From positions 234,683 to 298,682 of the forward strand of contig JAYPPL010000010.1 of NCBI GenBank assembly GCA_038131445.1: 64,000 nt of DNA, read 5' to 3'. Numbering within the stretch: the first letter of the stretch is position 1; the number at the start of each line of letters is the position of its first letter. The notes below the pieces were generated by a model that saw nothing but the letters and a program-made list of their open reading frames with translations, searched no databases and had not been told where the DNA came from. Both the position numbers and the translations under genes were made by a program. Below are positions 18,802 through 27,836 of the stretch, piece by piece. The DNA comes from Alphaproteobacteria bacterium (lineage in GTDB: Bacteria; Pseudomonadota; Alphaproteobacteria; UBA6615).

Positions 18802-19898
18802 CCGTCTTCCAGATGCAGCAGCATAGCCAGACCGGCCATGAGGCTGACCCCAGCCGGGGTCCATGCCGCCAGGATGACGGGCACGTTGGAGCCGAGCCCC
18901 AACGCCTGAATGACGTTTGTAAGCAGGAATAAGAGGAAGCTCGCCAAAACGCCGGCGCCGATCAGTAAAACGGTGCCGCCGCGCCGCGTGAGCCGCAGCG
19001 AGAAGACGGCGGCGATAAGGACCATCGCCGCCAGCAACATTGGTTCGGCCAGCAGGGCGTGGAACTGGAGCCGGTGAGCGACGGGAGAAAAGCCCGTATC
19101 CTCCAGAACCTTGATGAAACGCGGCAGGTTCCAGAAGGCGATGGTCTCCGGACTAGCGAAACTTTCCTGGATCTTATCGGCCGTCAGGTCGGTGGCCAGC
19201 TCATAATGCGCGACGAATTGGCCGGAGCGGCCGGGCCGCGTCAACCATGCGTCGGAGATGTCCCAGCGTCCATCGAACAACTGCGCGCGCTTGGCGTCGA
19301 TGCGGCCGACGAAACGGTCGTTGTTGCCGAATTCGAATACGATGACATCTTCGAGTAGCAGTTCGTCAGGCTGCACCCGCTCGGCATGGATTACCGTCTG
19401 ACCCTCGCCTTCGAGGCCTGCCTGGCGTAGCCAGATGCCCTGGGACGAGACGGCGAGTAGGGAGGAACGCCCCGTGAGGTAGCGGCCCTCAAGCTCCTCG
19501 AACTGCGACAGCATGATCGCCGACAGCGGGTTGAGCACCGTCACAGTGAACACGCCGAGCAGCACCGCCGCCGTAAGCGCCGGCATGAGGAATTGCCAGA
19601 CCGACACACCCGCCGCGCGAACCACCACCAGTTCGTGGCTGCGGGTCATTTTCAAGAAAGTGAAGATGGCGCCGAACATCACCGCGAACGGTACCGCCTC
19701 CTGGGCCAGGAACGGAGCCCTCAGTAGGGTCATGCTGGTGATGATCGAGGCGGTGGCGCCGGCGTGGTTGCTGCTGCGGCGCAGGAGTTCGATTGCGTCG
19801 ATTAGTGCGATTACCGACAGCATCGTGGCGAACATCACGGCGAACCACAGAAGGAACTGCCGTAAAATGTAGGACGATATGGTGGGTGAGGAGAGCAT
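18798..19898 (-). CDS. lptG: LPS export ABC permease LptG
   Basis: 366 aa. YILRQFL N-terminus and the six-TM YjgP/YjgQ architecture, adjacent to lptF. Confidence 0.9.
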   Translation of the reverse strand: MLSSPTISSYILRQFLLWFAVMFATMLSVIALIDAIELLRRSSNHAGATASIITSMTLLRAPFLAQEAVPFAVMFGAIFTFLKMTRSHELVVVRAAGVSVWQFLMPALTAAVLLGVFTVTVLNPLSAIMLSQFEELEGRYLTGRSSLLAVSSQGIWLRQAGLEGEGQTVIHAERVQPDELLLEDVIVFEFGNNDRFVGRIDAKRAQLFDGRWDISDAWLTRPGRSGQFVAHYELATDLTADKIQESFASPETIAFWNLPRFIKVLEDTGFSPVAHRLQFHALLAEPMLLAAMVLIAAVFSLRLTRRGGTVLLIGAGVLASFLLFLLTNVIQALGLGSNVPVILAAWTPAGVSLMAGLAMLLHLEDG

Positions 19899-19907
19899 GG
19901 CGTCGGA

Positions 19908-21029
19908 TCAGGCCTGGACCGGTTCCGTTATGAGGCCAGAAGGGCGGCGCAGCCGCGCACGGATAATGATGAACAGGGCTGCGAAGAATGATGCGACCGG
20001 CAGCGAATAGACCAGAGGGATGACGGCCAGAGTACGCTTCGAGACATTGAACAAACCCAGCGAGGCGATCTGCAACGCGAAGATCGCCGCGATGGCGACT
20101 AGGATGCGCGAGGTGTTGCCACGGCGGCTGAAATTGCCCGACAGCATGGCCGCCATCGCGATAGTGGCGAAGACGAGCAAATACAGCGGGGTCGTGATGC
20201 GTCGGTGTCCCTCGGCGATAAGGTGTTTTGCATAGTAGACGTCATGCACGCTGTCGCCGGGCCGTAATAGCGAACCCAGAAAGCGCTCCTCCGGCTCGCG
20301 CCAGCGTGGCTGGACGGATTCATTAAGAATGCTGAGGTCCAGCGAATACTGGTCGAATTTAAAAAAGGTCAGCCGGCCGGAGCTGCGATCCACGTCCTGC
20401 TGACTGCCATTGAACAGCACCACGCGGGCTTCTTCGGGTGACTGGACGGCGGTGCCGCGCTCGGCCGTATAGGTGACTGGCCGATCCGGGTCTCGAGAAT
20501 CATGGGCAAAGATGCCGCGCAACTCGCCTTCGCCTGTGCGTTCGCGGATGTAGACCGTCAGTCCGTCGATGGGGGTGTTGAAGCGCTGCTCCTGAAGCAG
20601 CACGCTGCCGTAGGAATTCCGGTAGCTGTTTTGCTTCTGCTTGAAGGCGTGAATTGACGCCGGCACGAGATACAGGTGCATCGCGTAGGCGATGACCACG
20701 CAGAGCAGGCCAAGCATGAGCCCGGGCCGTGCCATGGCCAGCGGGCTGATGCCGGCGGCGCGCATGACCACCAATTCGCTATCGTTACGCAGCTGGTTAT
20801 AGACGACCAGCACGGCGGCGAAGACCGCGATCGGCAGCAGAACGGCGATGAACTTGGGCAGGTTGAGGCCGCTCATCTCGAACAGGACTGAGATCGGCAG
20901 GCCCCGGTTCACGATAAAGTCGATCAGGCGCAGCGAACCGAACAAGGAGACAAGCACGGTCAGAACCGCGGTGACGAACACCGTCGCCAGCACGAGTTGT
21001 CTGAAGATGTACTTGCCGATTGACTTCAT
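19908..21029 (-). CDS. lptF: LPS export ABC permease LptF
   Basis: The internal start MKSIGKYIFRQLVLATVF at 21029 gives 373 aa of YjgP/YjgQ family sequence. The 140-aa upstream extension of the ORF is non-homologous and overlaps the pepA promoter region. Confidence 0.9.
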   Translation of the reverse strand: MKSIGKYIFRQLVLATVFVTAVLTVLVSLFGSLRLIDFIVNRGLPISVLFEMSGLNLPKFIAVLLPIAVFAAVLVVYNQLRNDSELVVMRAAGISPLAMARPGLMLGLLCVVIAYAMHLYLVPASIHAFKQKQNSYRNSYGSVLLQEQRFNTPIDGLTVYIRERTGEGELRGIFAHDSRDPDRPVTYTAERGTAVQSPEEARVVLFNGSQQDVDRSSGRLTFFKFDQYSLDLSILNESVQPRWREPEERFLGSLLRPGDSVHDVYYAKHLIAEGHRRITTPLYLLVFATIAMAAMLSGNFSRRGNTSRILVAIAAIFALQIASLGLFNVSKRTLAVIPLVYSLPVASFFAALFIIIRARLRRPSGLITEPVQA

Positions 21030-21257
21030 GGCCGCTCCAGGCAAGAGACGATGAAGGAATCGTCCCGCAAACCCCTGATTCGAATAATAAACATGTATTC
21101 TGGCACTAGGAGTTTGTAGCAGATCGGATTTCGGCGACAAATACCCGTGAACGCCGGTGAGGTCATGTTGCGCGCGCCTTGCGGGTGTTCTAAATCTCGA
21201 AGAAGCCGATCCTGGGTCCAACCGCCCGCAAACATATCCCTGATGGAAGTGAGCGTC

Positions 21258-22742
21258 ATGAAAATCAGTTTTGTCGAACCTAAAGTTCCCGCCCGCGGCA
21301 TGGTTGTCCTGCTCGTGGGCTCTGATGGTGTATTGGGGACTTCGGCGAAAAGCATCGACAAGGCTACTGGCGGGGCGCTCACCCGCGCCATGGAAGCGCG
21401 CAATTTCACGGGCAAGAAAGGCGAGAGTGTGGCCGTTCTGGCGCCGCACGGCTGCGAAACCGTGAACATTGTGATGATCGGGGCCGGGGCCGGCACCGAT
21501 CTCGATGTGCTGCAGGCCCAGGAGCTGGGTGCGACAATCTACAAGGCGGTTTGCGGTCTGACTGTGAAATCGGCCAGCGTGATGGCCGAAGCGCCGAAAG
21601 GGGCGAAGGTGCGCGGTGATGGCCTTGCTGCCGCGCTTGCCGCCGGTGCGCGCCTGCGCTCCTACCGATACGACAAGTATCTGACCCGTGCGAACATCGG
21701 TGCGGGACCCGACCGTCTGCAGTTTATGGTGAAGGGAGCGGCGACCGCGCGGCGCGAATACGCGGCGTTCGAGCCGGTGGCTGACGGTGTGGATTTCGCC
21801 CGCGACCTGGTGTCCGAGCCGAGCAACGTCAAGACGCCGAAATGGATGGCTGCCCAGTGCCGCAAGCTAACCAAGCTGGGCGTGAAGGTCGAGGTGCTGG
21901 GCGAGGCCCAGATGAAAAAGCTGGGCATGAACGCCCTGCTGGCGGTGGGCCAGGGCAGTGTTCAGGAATCCCAGATGGTCATCATGCGCTGGAACGGTGG
22001 CGGCAAGGACGCCAGGACCGTCTCGCTGCTGGGCAAGGGCGTGACCTTCGACACCGGCGGCATTTCCATCAAGCCCGCTGGCGGTATGGAAGACATGATC
22101 TGGGATATGGGCGGTGCCGGCACCGTGATCGGCGCGATGCACGCCATCGCGGCCCGCAAGGCCAAGGCCAACGTGATCGGTGTGGTCGGGCTGGTCGAAA
22201 ACATGCCCGACGGCAACGCACAGCGCCCGGGTGACATCGTGACGTCGATGTCGGGTCAGACGATCGAGGTCATCAACACCGATGCCGAAGGCCGTCTCGT
22301 GCTGGCCGATGTGCTATGGTACACCCAGAAGCGCTTCAAGCCTGATGTGATGATCGACTTTGCGACCCTGACGGGTGCGATCATGGTCGCGCTTGGGCGA
22401 GAGTATTCTGGTCTTTACGCCTCAGAGGATTCGCTAGCCGAGCGTATCGTCTCGGCGGGAAATGCCGTGGGCGAGAAGATCTGGCGCATGCCGCTGGACG
22501 ATGCTTATGATAAGCAGATCAACACGCCGCGTGCGGACATGAAGAATGTCGGCCCGCGCTGGGGCGGCAGCATCACGGCGGCGCAGTTCCTCAAGCGCTT
22601 CACCAACGATCTGCCCTGGGCGCACCTGGATATCGCGGGCGTCGCCTGGTCTGACAAGGAACTGCCGCTGATGGAGAAGGGCGCATCCGGTTTCGCGGTC
22701 CGCGCGATGGACCAGTTCGTGCGCGAATATTACGAGGGCTGA
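21258..22742 (+). CDS. pepA: Leucyl aminopeptidase (M17)
   Basis: Start MKISFVEPKV at 21258. VGKGVTFDTGGISIKP, NTDAEGRLVLAD, and TGA..VALG motifs are present. Confidence 0.95.
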   Translation: MKISFVEPKVPARGMVVLLVGSDGVLGTSAKSIDKATGGALTRAMEARNFTGKKGESVAVLAPHGCETVNIVMIGAGAGTDLDVLQAQELGATIYKAVCGLTVKSASVMAEAPKGAKVRGDGLAAALAAGARLRSYRYDKYLTRANIGAGPDRLQFMVKGAATARREYAAFEPVADGVDFARDLVSEPSNVKTPKWMAAQCRKLTKLGVKVEVLGEAQMKKLGMNALLAVGQGSVQESQMVIMRWNGGGKDARTVSLLGKGVTFDTGGISIKPAGGMEDMIWDMGGAGTVIGAMHAIAARKAKANVIGVVGLVENMPDGNAQRPGDIVTSMSGQTIEVINTDAEGRLVLADVLWYTQKRFKPDVMIDFATLTGAIMVALGREYSGLYASEDSLAERIVSAGNAVGEKIWRMPLDDAYDKQINTPRADMKNVGPRWGGSITAAQFLKRFTNDLPWAHLDIAGVAWSDKELPLMEKGASGFAVRAMDQFVREYYEG

Positions 22743-22756
22743 TCTGCCCCGCTGCC

Positions 22757-23215
22757 GTGACCGAGATCCGCTTCTATCACCTGACCATAAAGGCACTTGA
22801 AGAGGTGCTTCCGGTGATGCTTGAGCGCACGGTGGTGCGCGACGGGCGCCGAGCCGTGGTGGTCGCGGGTTCGCCTGAACGGGTGGAGCATCTCAACGCT
22901 CATCTGTGGACCTACAACGACCGCGTCTTCCTGCCCCATGGCAGCAAGGCCGACGGGCATGCTGCGCAACAGCCGGTCTGGCTGACCGATGCCGACGAGA
23001 ACCCGAACGGCGCGAAGGTGCTATTCCTCGCTGACGGGGCTCTGTCGGAGGCCATCCCCGACTACGAACTGGTTTGCGAGCTGTTTGACGGGCGCGACGA
23101 GGCGGCGGTGGGCGCGGCGCGGACGCGCTGGCGCGACTACAAGGCCGCGGGCCACGAACTCACCTACTGGCAGCAAACCGACCGCGGCGGCTGGGAACAA
23201 AAAGCCCAGGGCTAA
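22757..23215 (+). CDS. holC: DNA polymerase III subunit chi
   Basis: 152 aa from a GTG start. IRFYHL N-terminus, LWTYNDRVFLPHG, and the conserved position after pepA. Confidence 0.85.
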   Translation: MTEIRFYHLTIKALEEVLPVMLERTVVRDGRRAVVVAGSPERVEHLNAHLWTYNDRVFLPHGSKADGHAAQQPVWLTDADENPNGAKVLFLADGALSEAIPDYELVCELFDGRDEAAVGAARTRWRDYKAAGHELTYWQQTDRGGWEQKAQG

Positions 23216-23323
23216 ATTCTCAACGTTCTCGGACACCGGACGGGCTGCCTGCTTGTCCCCTCGCGGCGTGCTGGATATAAGGCGCGCACGAAATCACCCA
23301 TATCCGAAACTGGAGAAGATCCC

Positions 23324-23746
23324 ATGGCGACCGAGCGCACTTTCTCGATCATCAAACCCGATGCCACCCGCCGCAACATCACCGGCCAGGTCATCGCCAA
23401 GCTAGAAGGCGCGGGCCTGCGCATCGTCGCGCAGAAGCGCATTCACATGACCAGGGAGCAGGCCGAGGGCTTCTATGCGGTCCACAAGGAGCGTCCGTTC
23501 TTCAATGACCTGGTTGCCTTCATGACCTCCGGTCCGGTTGTCGTTCAGGTGCTGGAAGGCGAGAACGCCATCGCGAAGAACCGCGAAGTGATGGGCGCGA
23601 CCAACCCGGCCGATGCCGCGGAGGGCACGATCCGCAAAGAGTTCGCCGAATCTATCGAGGCGAACTCTGTGCACGGTTCCGATGCGCCCGAAACGGCCGC
23701 GCAGGAAATCGCGTACTTCTTCGATGAAAGCGAGATCGTCGGCTAA
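23324..23746 (+). CDS. ndk: Nucleoside diphosphate kinase
   Basis: 140 aa. [11 protein letters not shown], and NSVHGSD containing the active-site His. Confidence 0.97.
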   Translation: MATERTFSIIKPDATRRNITGQVIAKLEGAGLRIVAQKRIHMTREQAEGFYAVHKERPFFNDLVAFMTSGPVVVQVLEGENAIAKNREVMGATNPADAAEGTIRKEFAESIEANSVHGSDAPETAAQEIAYFFDESEIVG

Positions 23747-23775
23747 CGGGCCGACGCACCGTCAGTGGTGGGCAA

Positions 23776-23901
23776 TCAGATGATCGTCCACCACATGATG
23801 AGCAGGGTAATCGCCACGGCGATCCCGGAATAGCTCATCAGCTTCAGAAAGCCCCCCCAGGTTTTCCAGCGGCGATCAAGATCCATGTGTTGCTCGGACA
23901 T
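23776..23901 (-). CDS. 41-aa single-TM peptide resembling aa3-type cytochrome c oxidase subunit IV (COX4_pro_2-like)
   Basis: Below the ORF-track size cutoff. Hand translation: MSEQHMDLDRRWKTWGGFLKLMSYSGIAVAITLLIMWWTII*. The pattern MD-x5-T(F/W)-GF(I/L)K followed by one TM helix matches my recollection of Paracoccus CtaH-type peptides. Third codon positions are GC-rich and a purine-rich stretch lies upstream of the ATG. Confidence 0.5.
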   Translation of the reverse strand: MSEQHMDLDRRWKTWGGFLKLMSYSGIAVAITLLIMWWTII

Positions 23902-23981
23902 CCTGCCTAGCGCCCTTCTTGGTTGCGTGTTCGAAGCAATTTATACGCCAGCGCGGGAGGCATTCAAACCCCGCGTCGTAT

Positions 23982-24632
23982 TCATCCGCCCGGATTGATC
24001 AGCGAGCCGTCGGCCATGCCGTCGGTGTCGATCACCGTGCGTTCCCCGTAGATCTTTACCCGGCCTTCCGCGATCAGCCGGACGGCCAGCGGATAGCAGC
24101 GGTGTTCCATCGTGAGGATGCGCGCGGCAAGCGTGTCCTCGTCATCGCCGGGCAGGACGGGCACGGCGGCCTGCACCAGAATGGGCCCCGCATCCATTTC
24201 CGGGCGTACGATATGCACCGTGCAGCCGCTCAGCTTGACGCCGGTCGCGATGGCCTGGGCGTGGGCGTCGATGCCCTTGAACGCGGGCAAGAGAGACGGG
24301 TGGATGTTCAAGACGCGGTCGCGCCAAGTCTCCACAAACCAGCTGGAAAGAAGCCGCATGAAGCCGGCTAGGCACACCAGTTCCACGCCGGCGTCCGCCA
24401 GTTTTTCGTGGATGGCCTTATCGAAGGTTTCACGGTCCGGGTAGCCCCCGTGCTCGACGACCGTGGTTGCGATCCCGGCGGCGTCGGCGTGTTCGAGGCC
24501 CTTAGCATCCGACTTGTTGGAGATGACGAGGACGATTTCCGCGGGATAGTCCGAAGCCTTGCAGGCCTCGATCAGCGCCAGCAGGTTGGAACCGCGCCCC
24601 GAGATCAGCACGCCAAGCTTCATGCGGGCCAT
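23982..24632 (-). CDS. purN: Phosphoribosylglycinamide formyltransferase
   Basis: The internal start [17 protein letters not shown] at 24632 overlaps the purM stop (TGATG) and gives 216 aa with the NIHPSLLPAFKG motif. Confidence 0.95.
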   Translation of the reverse strand: MARMKLGVLISGRGSNLLALIEACKASDYPAEIVLVISNKSDAKGLEHADAAGIATTVVEHGGYPDRETFDKAIHEKLADAGVELVCLAGFMRLLSSWFVETWRDRVLNIHPSLLPAFKGIDAHAQAIATGVKLSGCTVHIVRPEMDAGPILVQAAVPVLPGDDEDTLAARILTMEHRCYPLAVRLIAEGRVKIYGERTVIDTDGMADGSLINPGG

Positions 24633-25726
24633 CAGGCCGTCCCGAGCGCTGCGGCGAGGTTGTCGATATGGACCGTACCTTCCGCATCGGCGATCACCGT
24701 GCCGATCCGGATGGCCTGTTCGCCTGCATGCGCAAAGACGTCGAGCAGCGCGTCGGCCTGTGCGTCGGCAACAATCGCCACCATGCCGATGCCGCAGTTG
24801 AAGGTGCGTGCCATTTCCTCCTCGCTGACGCCGCCGTTTTCCTGAAGCCAGGCGAAGACGTCTGGCGCGCGCCAGGCCGCGCCGTCGAGATGCACGCCGA
24901 GACCGTACGGAAGGACGCGGGGAATGTTTTCGAGCAGGCCGCCCCCGGTGATATGTGCAAACGCACTGACGCCGCCATGCCGCGCCGCGGCAAGGCAGGA
25001 CGCGACATAGATGCGCGTCGGGGTCAGTAGGGCCTCGCCGAGGGACATGCCGTCCCCGAAGGCGCAGGGGGCGTCCAGCGCGAGGCCGGATCGCTCGACG
25101 ATCTTTCGAACCAGTGAGTAGCCGTTGGAGTGCACGCCGCTGGAGGCGAGGCCTATAATCGCGTGCCCCTCGGCCACCGGGGCGTTGTCGGAGGGCAGGC
25201 CCTGGCCGCGCTCCATCGCGCCGACCGCGAACCCGGCCAGATCGAACTCTCCCGCAGCATATAGTCCGGGCATCTCCGCCGTCTCGCCGCCGATCAGAGC
25301 GCAAGCGGCCTCGGAGCAGCCGCGCGCGACACCGGCCACAACCTGTTCGGCCACATCCGTCTCAAGCCCGCCGGTCGCGAAATAGTCGAGGAAAAACAGT
25401 GGTTCGGCTGCCTGCACGACGAGGTCGTTCACGCACATGGCCACGAGGTCGATGCCGATGGTGTCGTAGCGCGCGGTGTCGAAGGCGAGCTTCAGTTTGG
25501 TGCCGACGCCGTCGGTCGCGGCGACCAGCACGGGGTCGTTGAATCCGGCAGCGCGGGGGTCGAACAGGCCCCCGAACCCGCCCAGGGAATCCATGCTGCC
25601 CGCGCGCCGCGTGGCCACGGCCAGCGGCTTGATCGCGTCCACCAGACGGTTGCCCGCCTCGATATCGACCCCAGCATCCTTGTAGGAAAGGCCCAGAACC
25701 CGTCTCCCGTGAGTACTTTCGCCCAA
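24632..25726 (-). CDS. purM: Phosphoribosylformylglycinamidine cyclo-ligase (AIR synthetase)
   Basis: 364 aa. [23 protein letters not shown], and GGETAEMPG. The only in-frame start is TTG at 25726. Confidence 0.93.
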   Translation of the reverse strand: MGESTHGRRVLGLSYKDAGVDIEAGNRLVDAIKPLAVATRRAGSMDSLGGFGGLFDPRAAGFNDPVLVAATDGVGTKLKLAFDTARYDTIGIDLVAMCVNDLVVQAAEPLFFLDYFATGGLETDVAEQVVAGVARGCSEAACALIGGETAEMPGLYAAGEFDLAGFAVGAMERGQGLPSDNAPVAEGHAIIGLASSGVHSNGYSLVRKIVERSGLALDAPCAFGDGMSLGEALLTPTRIYVASCLAAARHGGVSAFAHITGGGLLENIPRVLPYGLGVHLDGAAWRAPDVFAWLQENGGVSEEEMARTFNCGIGMVAIVADAQADALLDVFAHAGEQAIRIGTVIADAEGTVHIDNLAAALGTA

Positions 25727-25825
25727 TTCGTGCTATCTGTGGCCCATTCGTCAAATCCATGGACCCAAACGCGCCGAATCGCGTTGTTCAGGCGGGTCAC
25801 AATAGGTGTTTCGAGGTCATTTGCA

Positions 25826-27004
25826 ATGGATCGCAAACCGTTCCGCAGGGGAGCCGTTCCCGCGTCCGTATTCGCGGTTTTCTTGCTGCTGTTCTCGCCG
25901 CTGACCGAAGCGTGGGCACAGACGGCAGCGGTCACGGACATCTTCGTTGTCGCCGATGTTCCCGTCGATGAAACAGCCCAGAATGCCGCCGATGCGCGCG
26001 TATCGGCATTGGCGAACGGCCAGGTCGAAGCGGCCCGGCGCCTGTTCATGCGCCTGACACGCGATGCCTATCATGCGCAGCTTTCGCGCGTAGAACCGGA
26101 CGCGCTTGGCTTCCTGGTGGACTCGCTTCAGATTAACAACGAACGCACATCGACCGTGCGCTACCTCGCCGACCTGACCGTCCGCTTCAAGCCGGACGCG
26201 GTGCGTGACTATCTGCGCAACCGCGCCATCCCGTTCGCCGAGGTGCGCAGCCGTCCGGTGCTGATCGTACCGGTGCTGCAATCCGCCGCCGAGTATTCTC
26301 TCTGGGAAGAGCCGAACCCATGGCTCGCCGCCTGGCAGACCCGCCGGGCGGAGACCGGGCTGGTTCCCGTGGTCGCGCCGATTGGCGACCTGACCGATTT
26401 CTCGATGCTGAGTACCGAACAGGCGCTGGATGCCGATGAGGGTGCAATGGGCGCGATGGCCGGACGATACGGCGCCGGATCCAGCGTGGTCGCGCTCGCG
26501 TCGATCAAGGGCGAACCGAATGCGCCGACGCAGATCGACGTCACGGCCGGGCGTGTGGGCCGGCTGGACGAACAGCCGGTTGTCTTCACCCTGTCGCCCG
26601 TTGCCGAAGAGCCCGCTGACGCGTTCTTGCAGCGCGCCGCCGCAACGGTTGTCGCCACGTTCGAGGACAACTGGAAGGAACTGAACGCCGTCCGGTTCGG
26701 GGAGGCCAACCGCATCCACGCCGCCGTCCCGGTCCGCGATCTGGCCCACTGGGTCGAGGTGCGTCGCCGCCTCGGAAGCATTCCTTCGGTCTCGCGGGTG
26801 CACCTGCTGGCGCTCACCCCGGACACGGCGGACATCGAACTCGACTTTCTCGGTGAGGTCGCGCAGCTCCAGCGCGCGCTGGACCGGTTCGACTTCGTAC
26901 TCGAAGATACCGGGTTAGTTCGCGACACGCAGAACCCGGTGCTACCGGGCGCCGTCTCGTCTCCGGCGGTTCCGGCTTACGTCATTCGCCTGCCCGGGGC
27001 CTGA
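25826..27004 (+). CDS. DUF2066 domain-containing secreted protein
   Basis: Start MDRKPFRRG at 25826 followed by a signal peptide (...LTEAWA|QT). Composition and its position between purM and hda match the conserved alphaproteobacterial hypothetical protein. The family name is from memory, not searched. Confidence 0.65.
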   Translation: MDRKPFRRGAVPASVFAVFLLLFSPLTEAWAQTAAVTDIFVVADVPVDETAQNAADARVSALANGQVEAARRLFMRLTRDAYHAQLSRVEPDALGFLVDSLQINNERTSTVRYLADLTVRFKPDAVRDYLRNRAIPFAEVRSRPVLIVPVLQSAAEYSLWEEPNPWLAAWQTRRAETGLVPVVAPIGDLTDFSMLSTEQALDADEGAMGAMAGRYGAGSSVVALASIKGEPNAPTQIDVTAGRVGRLDEQPVVFTLSPVAEEPADAFLQRAAATVVATFEDNWKELNAVRFGEANRIHAAVPVRDLAHWVEVRRRLGSIPSVSRVHLLALTPDTADIELDFLGEVAQLQRALDRFDFVLEDTGLVRDTQNPVLPGAVSSPAVPAYVIRLPGA

Positions 27005-27015
27005 TCGGCGGTACC

Positions 27016-27696
27016 GTGACCCAGCAACTCACTCTCGATCTCGGTCACCGGACCGCACGCGGGCGCGCGGATTTTCTGGTGTCCGAATGCAACATGGCGG
27101 CGGTCGAGTGGATCGACCGCTGGCCGGACTGGCCCATTGCCGCGCTGCTCATCTGGGGGCCACCTGGCGCGGGCAAGACCCATCTGGGCCATGTGTGGTG
27201 CGCGGCGTCGGGGGCCGAGATCGTCGATGCGGCGACGGTACGCGCCCATGACGCGGCGGCGCTGCGCGGACGCAATGCCCGCATCTTCGTGGACGATGCG
27301 GAGGAACTGGCGGGCGACCGCGAGGGTGAGGAGGCGCTGCTGCACCTCTACAACTACATGCTGGAGACGGACGGTGGATTGCTGATCGCCGCGTCGCGCG
27401 CACCGGCGCACTGGCACATCGCGCTGGCCGACCTGTCATCTCGCCTGAACGCGCTGCCCGCCGCGGAGATTGCCGCGCCGGACGACCCGCTTCTGGCGGC
27501 GCTCCTGGTCAAGCAGTTCCAGGACCGGCAGTTGCACGTCGGGGAGGGCGTCGTGGCCTATCTCGTGGCGCGGATGGAGCGTTCGTTCGCCGCCGTTTCG
27601 CGAATTGTCGCCGAACTGGACGCCGCCGCCCTGGCCCGCCAGCGTCCGGTCACGGTGCCGCTGGTGCGCGAGGTTCTGAGCGAAATTGAGAGATAG
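27016..27696 (+). CDS. hda: DnaA-related regulatory inactivation protein Hda/HdaA
   Basis: 226 aa from a GTG start. N-terminal QLTLDL clamp-binding-type motif, Walker A GPPGAGKTHL, and Walker B-type IFVDDAE. Confidence 0.85.
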   Translation: MTQQLTLDLGHRTARGRADFLVSECNMAAVEWIDRWPDWPIAALLIWGPPGAGKTHLGHVWCAASGAEIVDAATVRAHDAAALRGRNARIFVDDAEELAGDREGEEALLHLYNYMLETDGGLLIAASRAPAHWHIALADLSSRLNALPAAEIAAPDDPLLAALLVKQFQDRQLHVGEGVVAYLVARMERSFAAVSRIVAELDAAALARQRPVTVPLVREVLSEIER

Positions 27697-27713
27697 TCGA
27701 GCCTTTCATTGAT

Positions 27714-27731
27714 TTGTCATGGCGTTGTCAT
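27714..27731 (+). promoter_or_regulatory. Candidate Pho box (PhoB site) upstream of ppk
   Basis: TTGTCAT-GGCG-TTGTCAT: two identical 7-mers with an 11-bp period. They lie about 85-105 nt upstream of the ppk start candidates. Compare the classical CTGTCAT-N4-CTGTCAT. Confidence 0.5.
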
Positions 27732-27836
27732 GATTTGCGGAGATGTTCGCAAGCCATTGGCTTCTTGCCGCCTTGCACAATACCATTTTGCTGAACTCTG
27801 GCTGAAAGTGATCGCGTGGTCGCCGAAGATACATTT

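Noticed and set aside
24633-25304. N-terminal 224-aa extension of the purN ORF (23982..25304)
   Set aside because: The extension is an Arg/Gly-rich read-through in an alternative frame of purM. purN homology begins at MARMKLGV (24632), which overlaps the purM stop.
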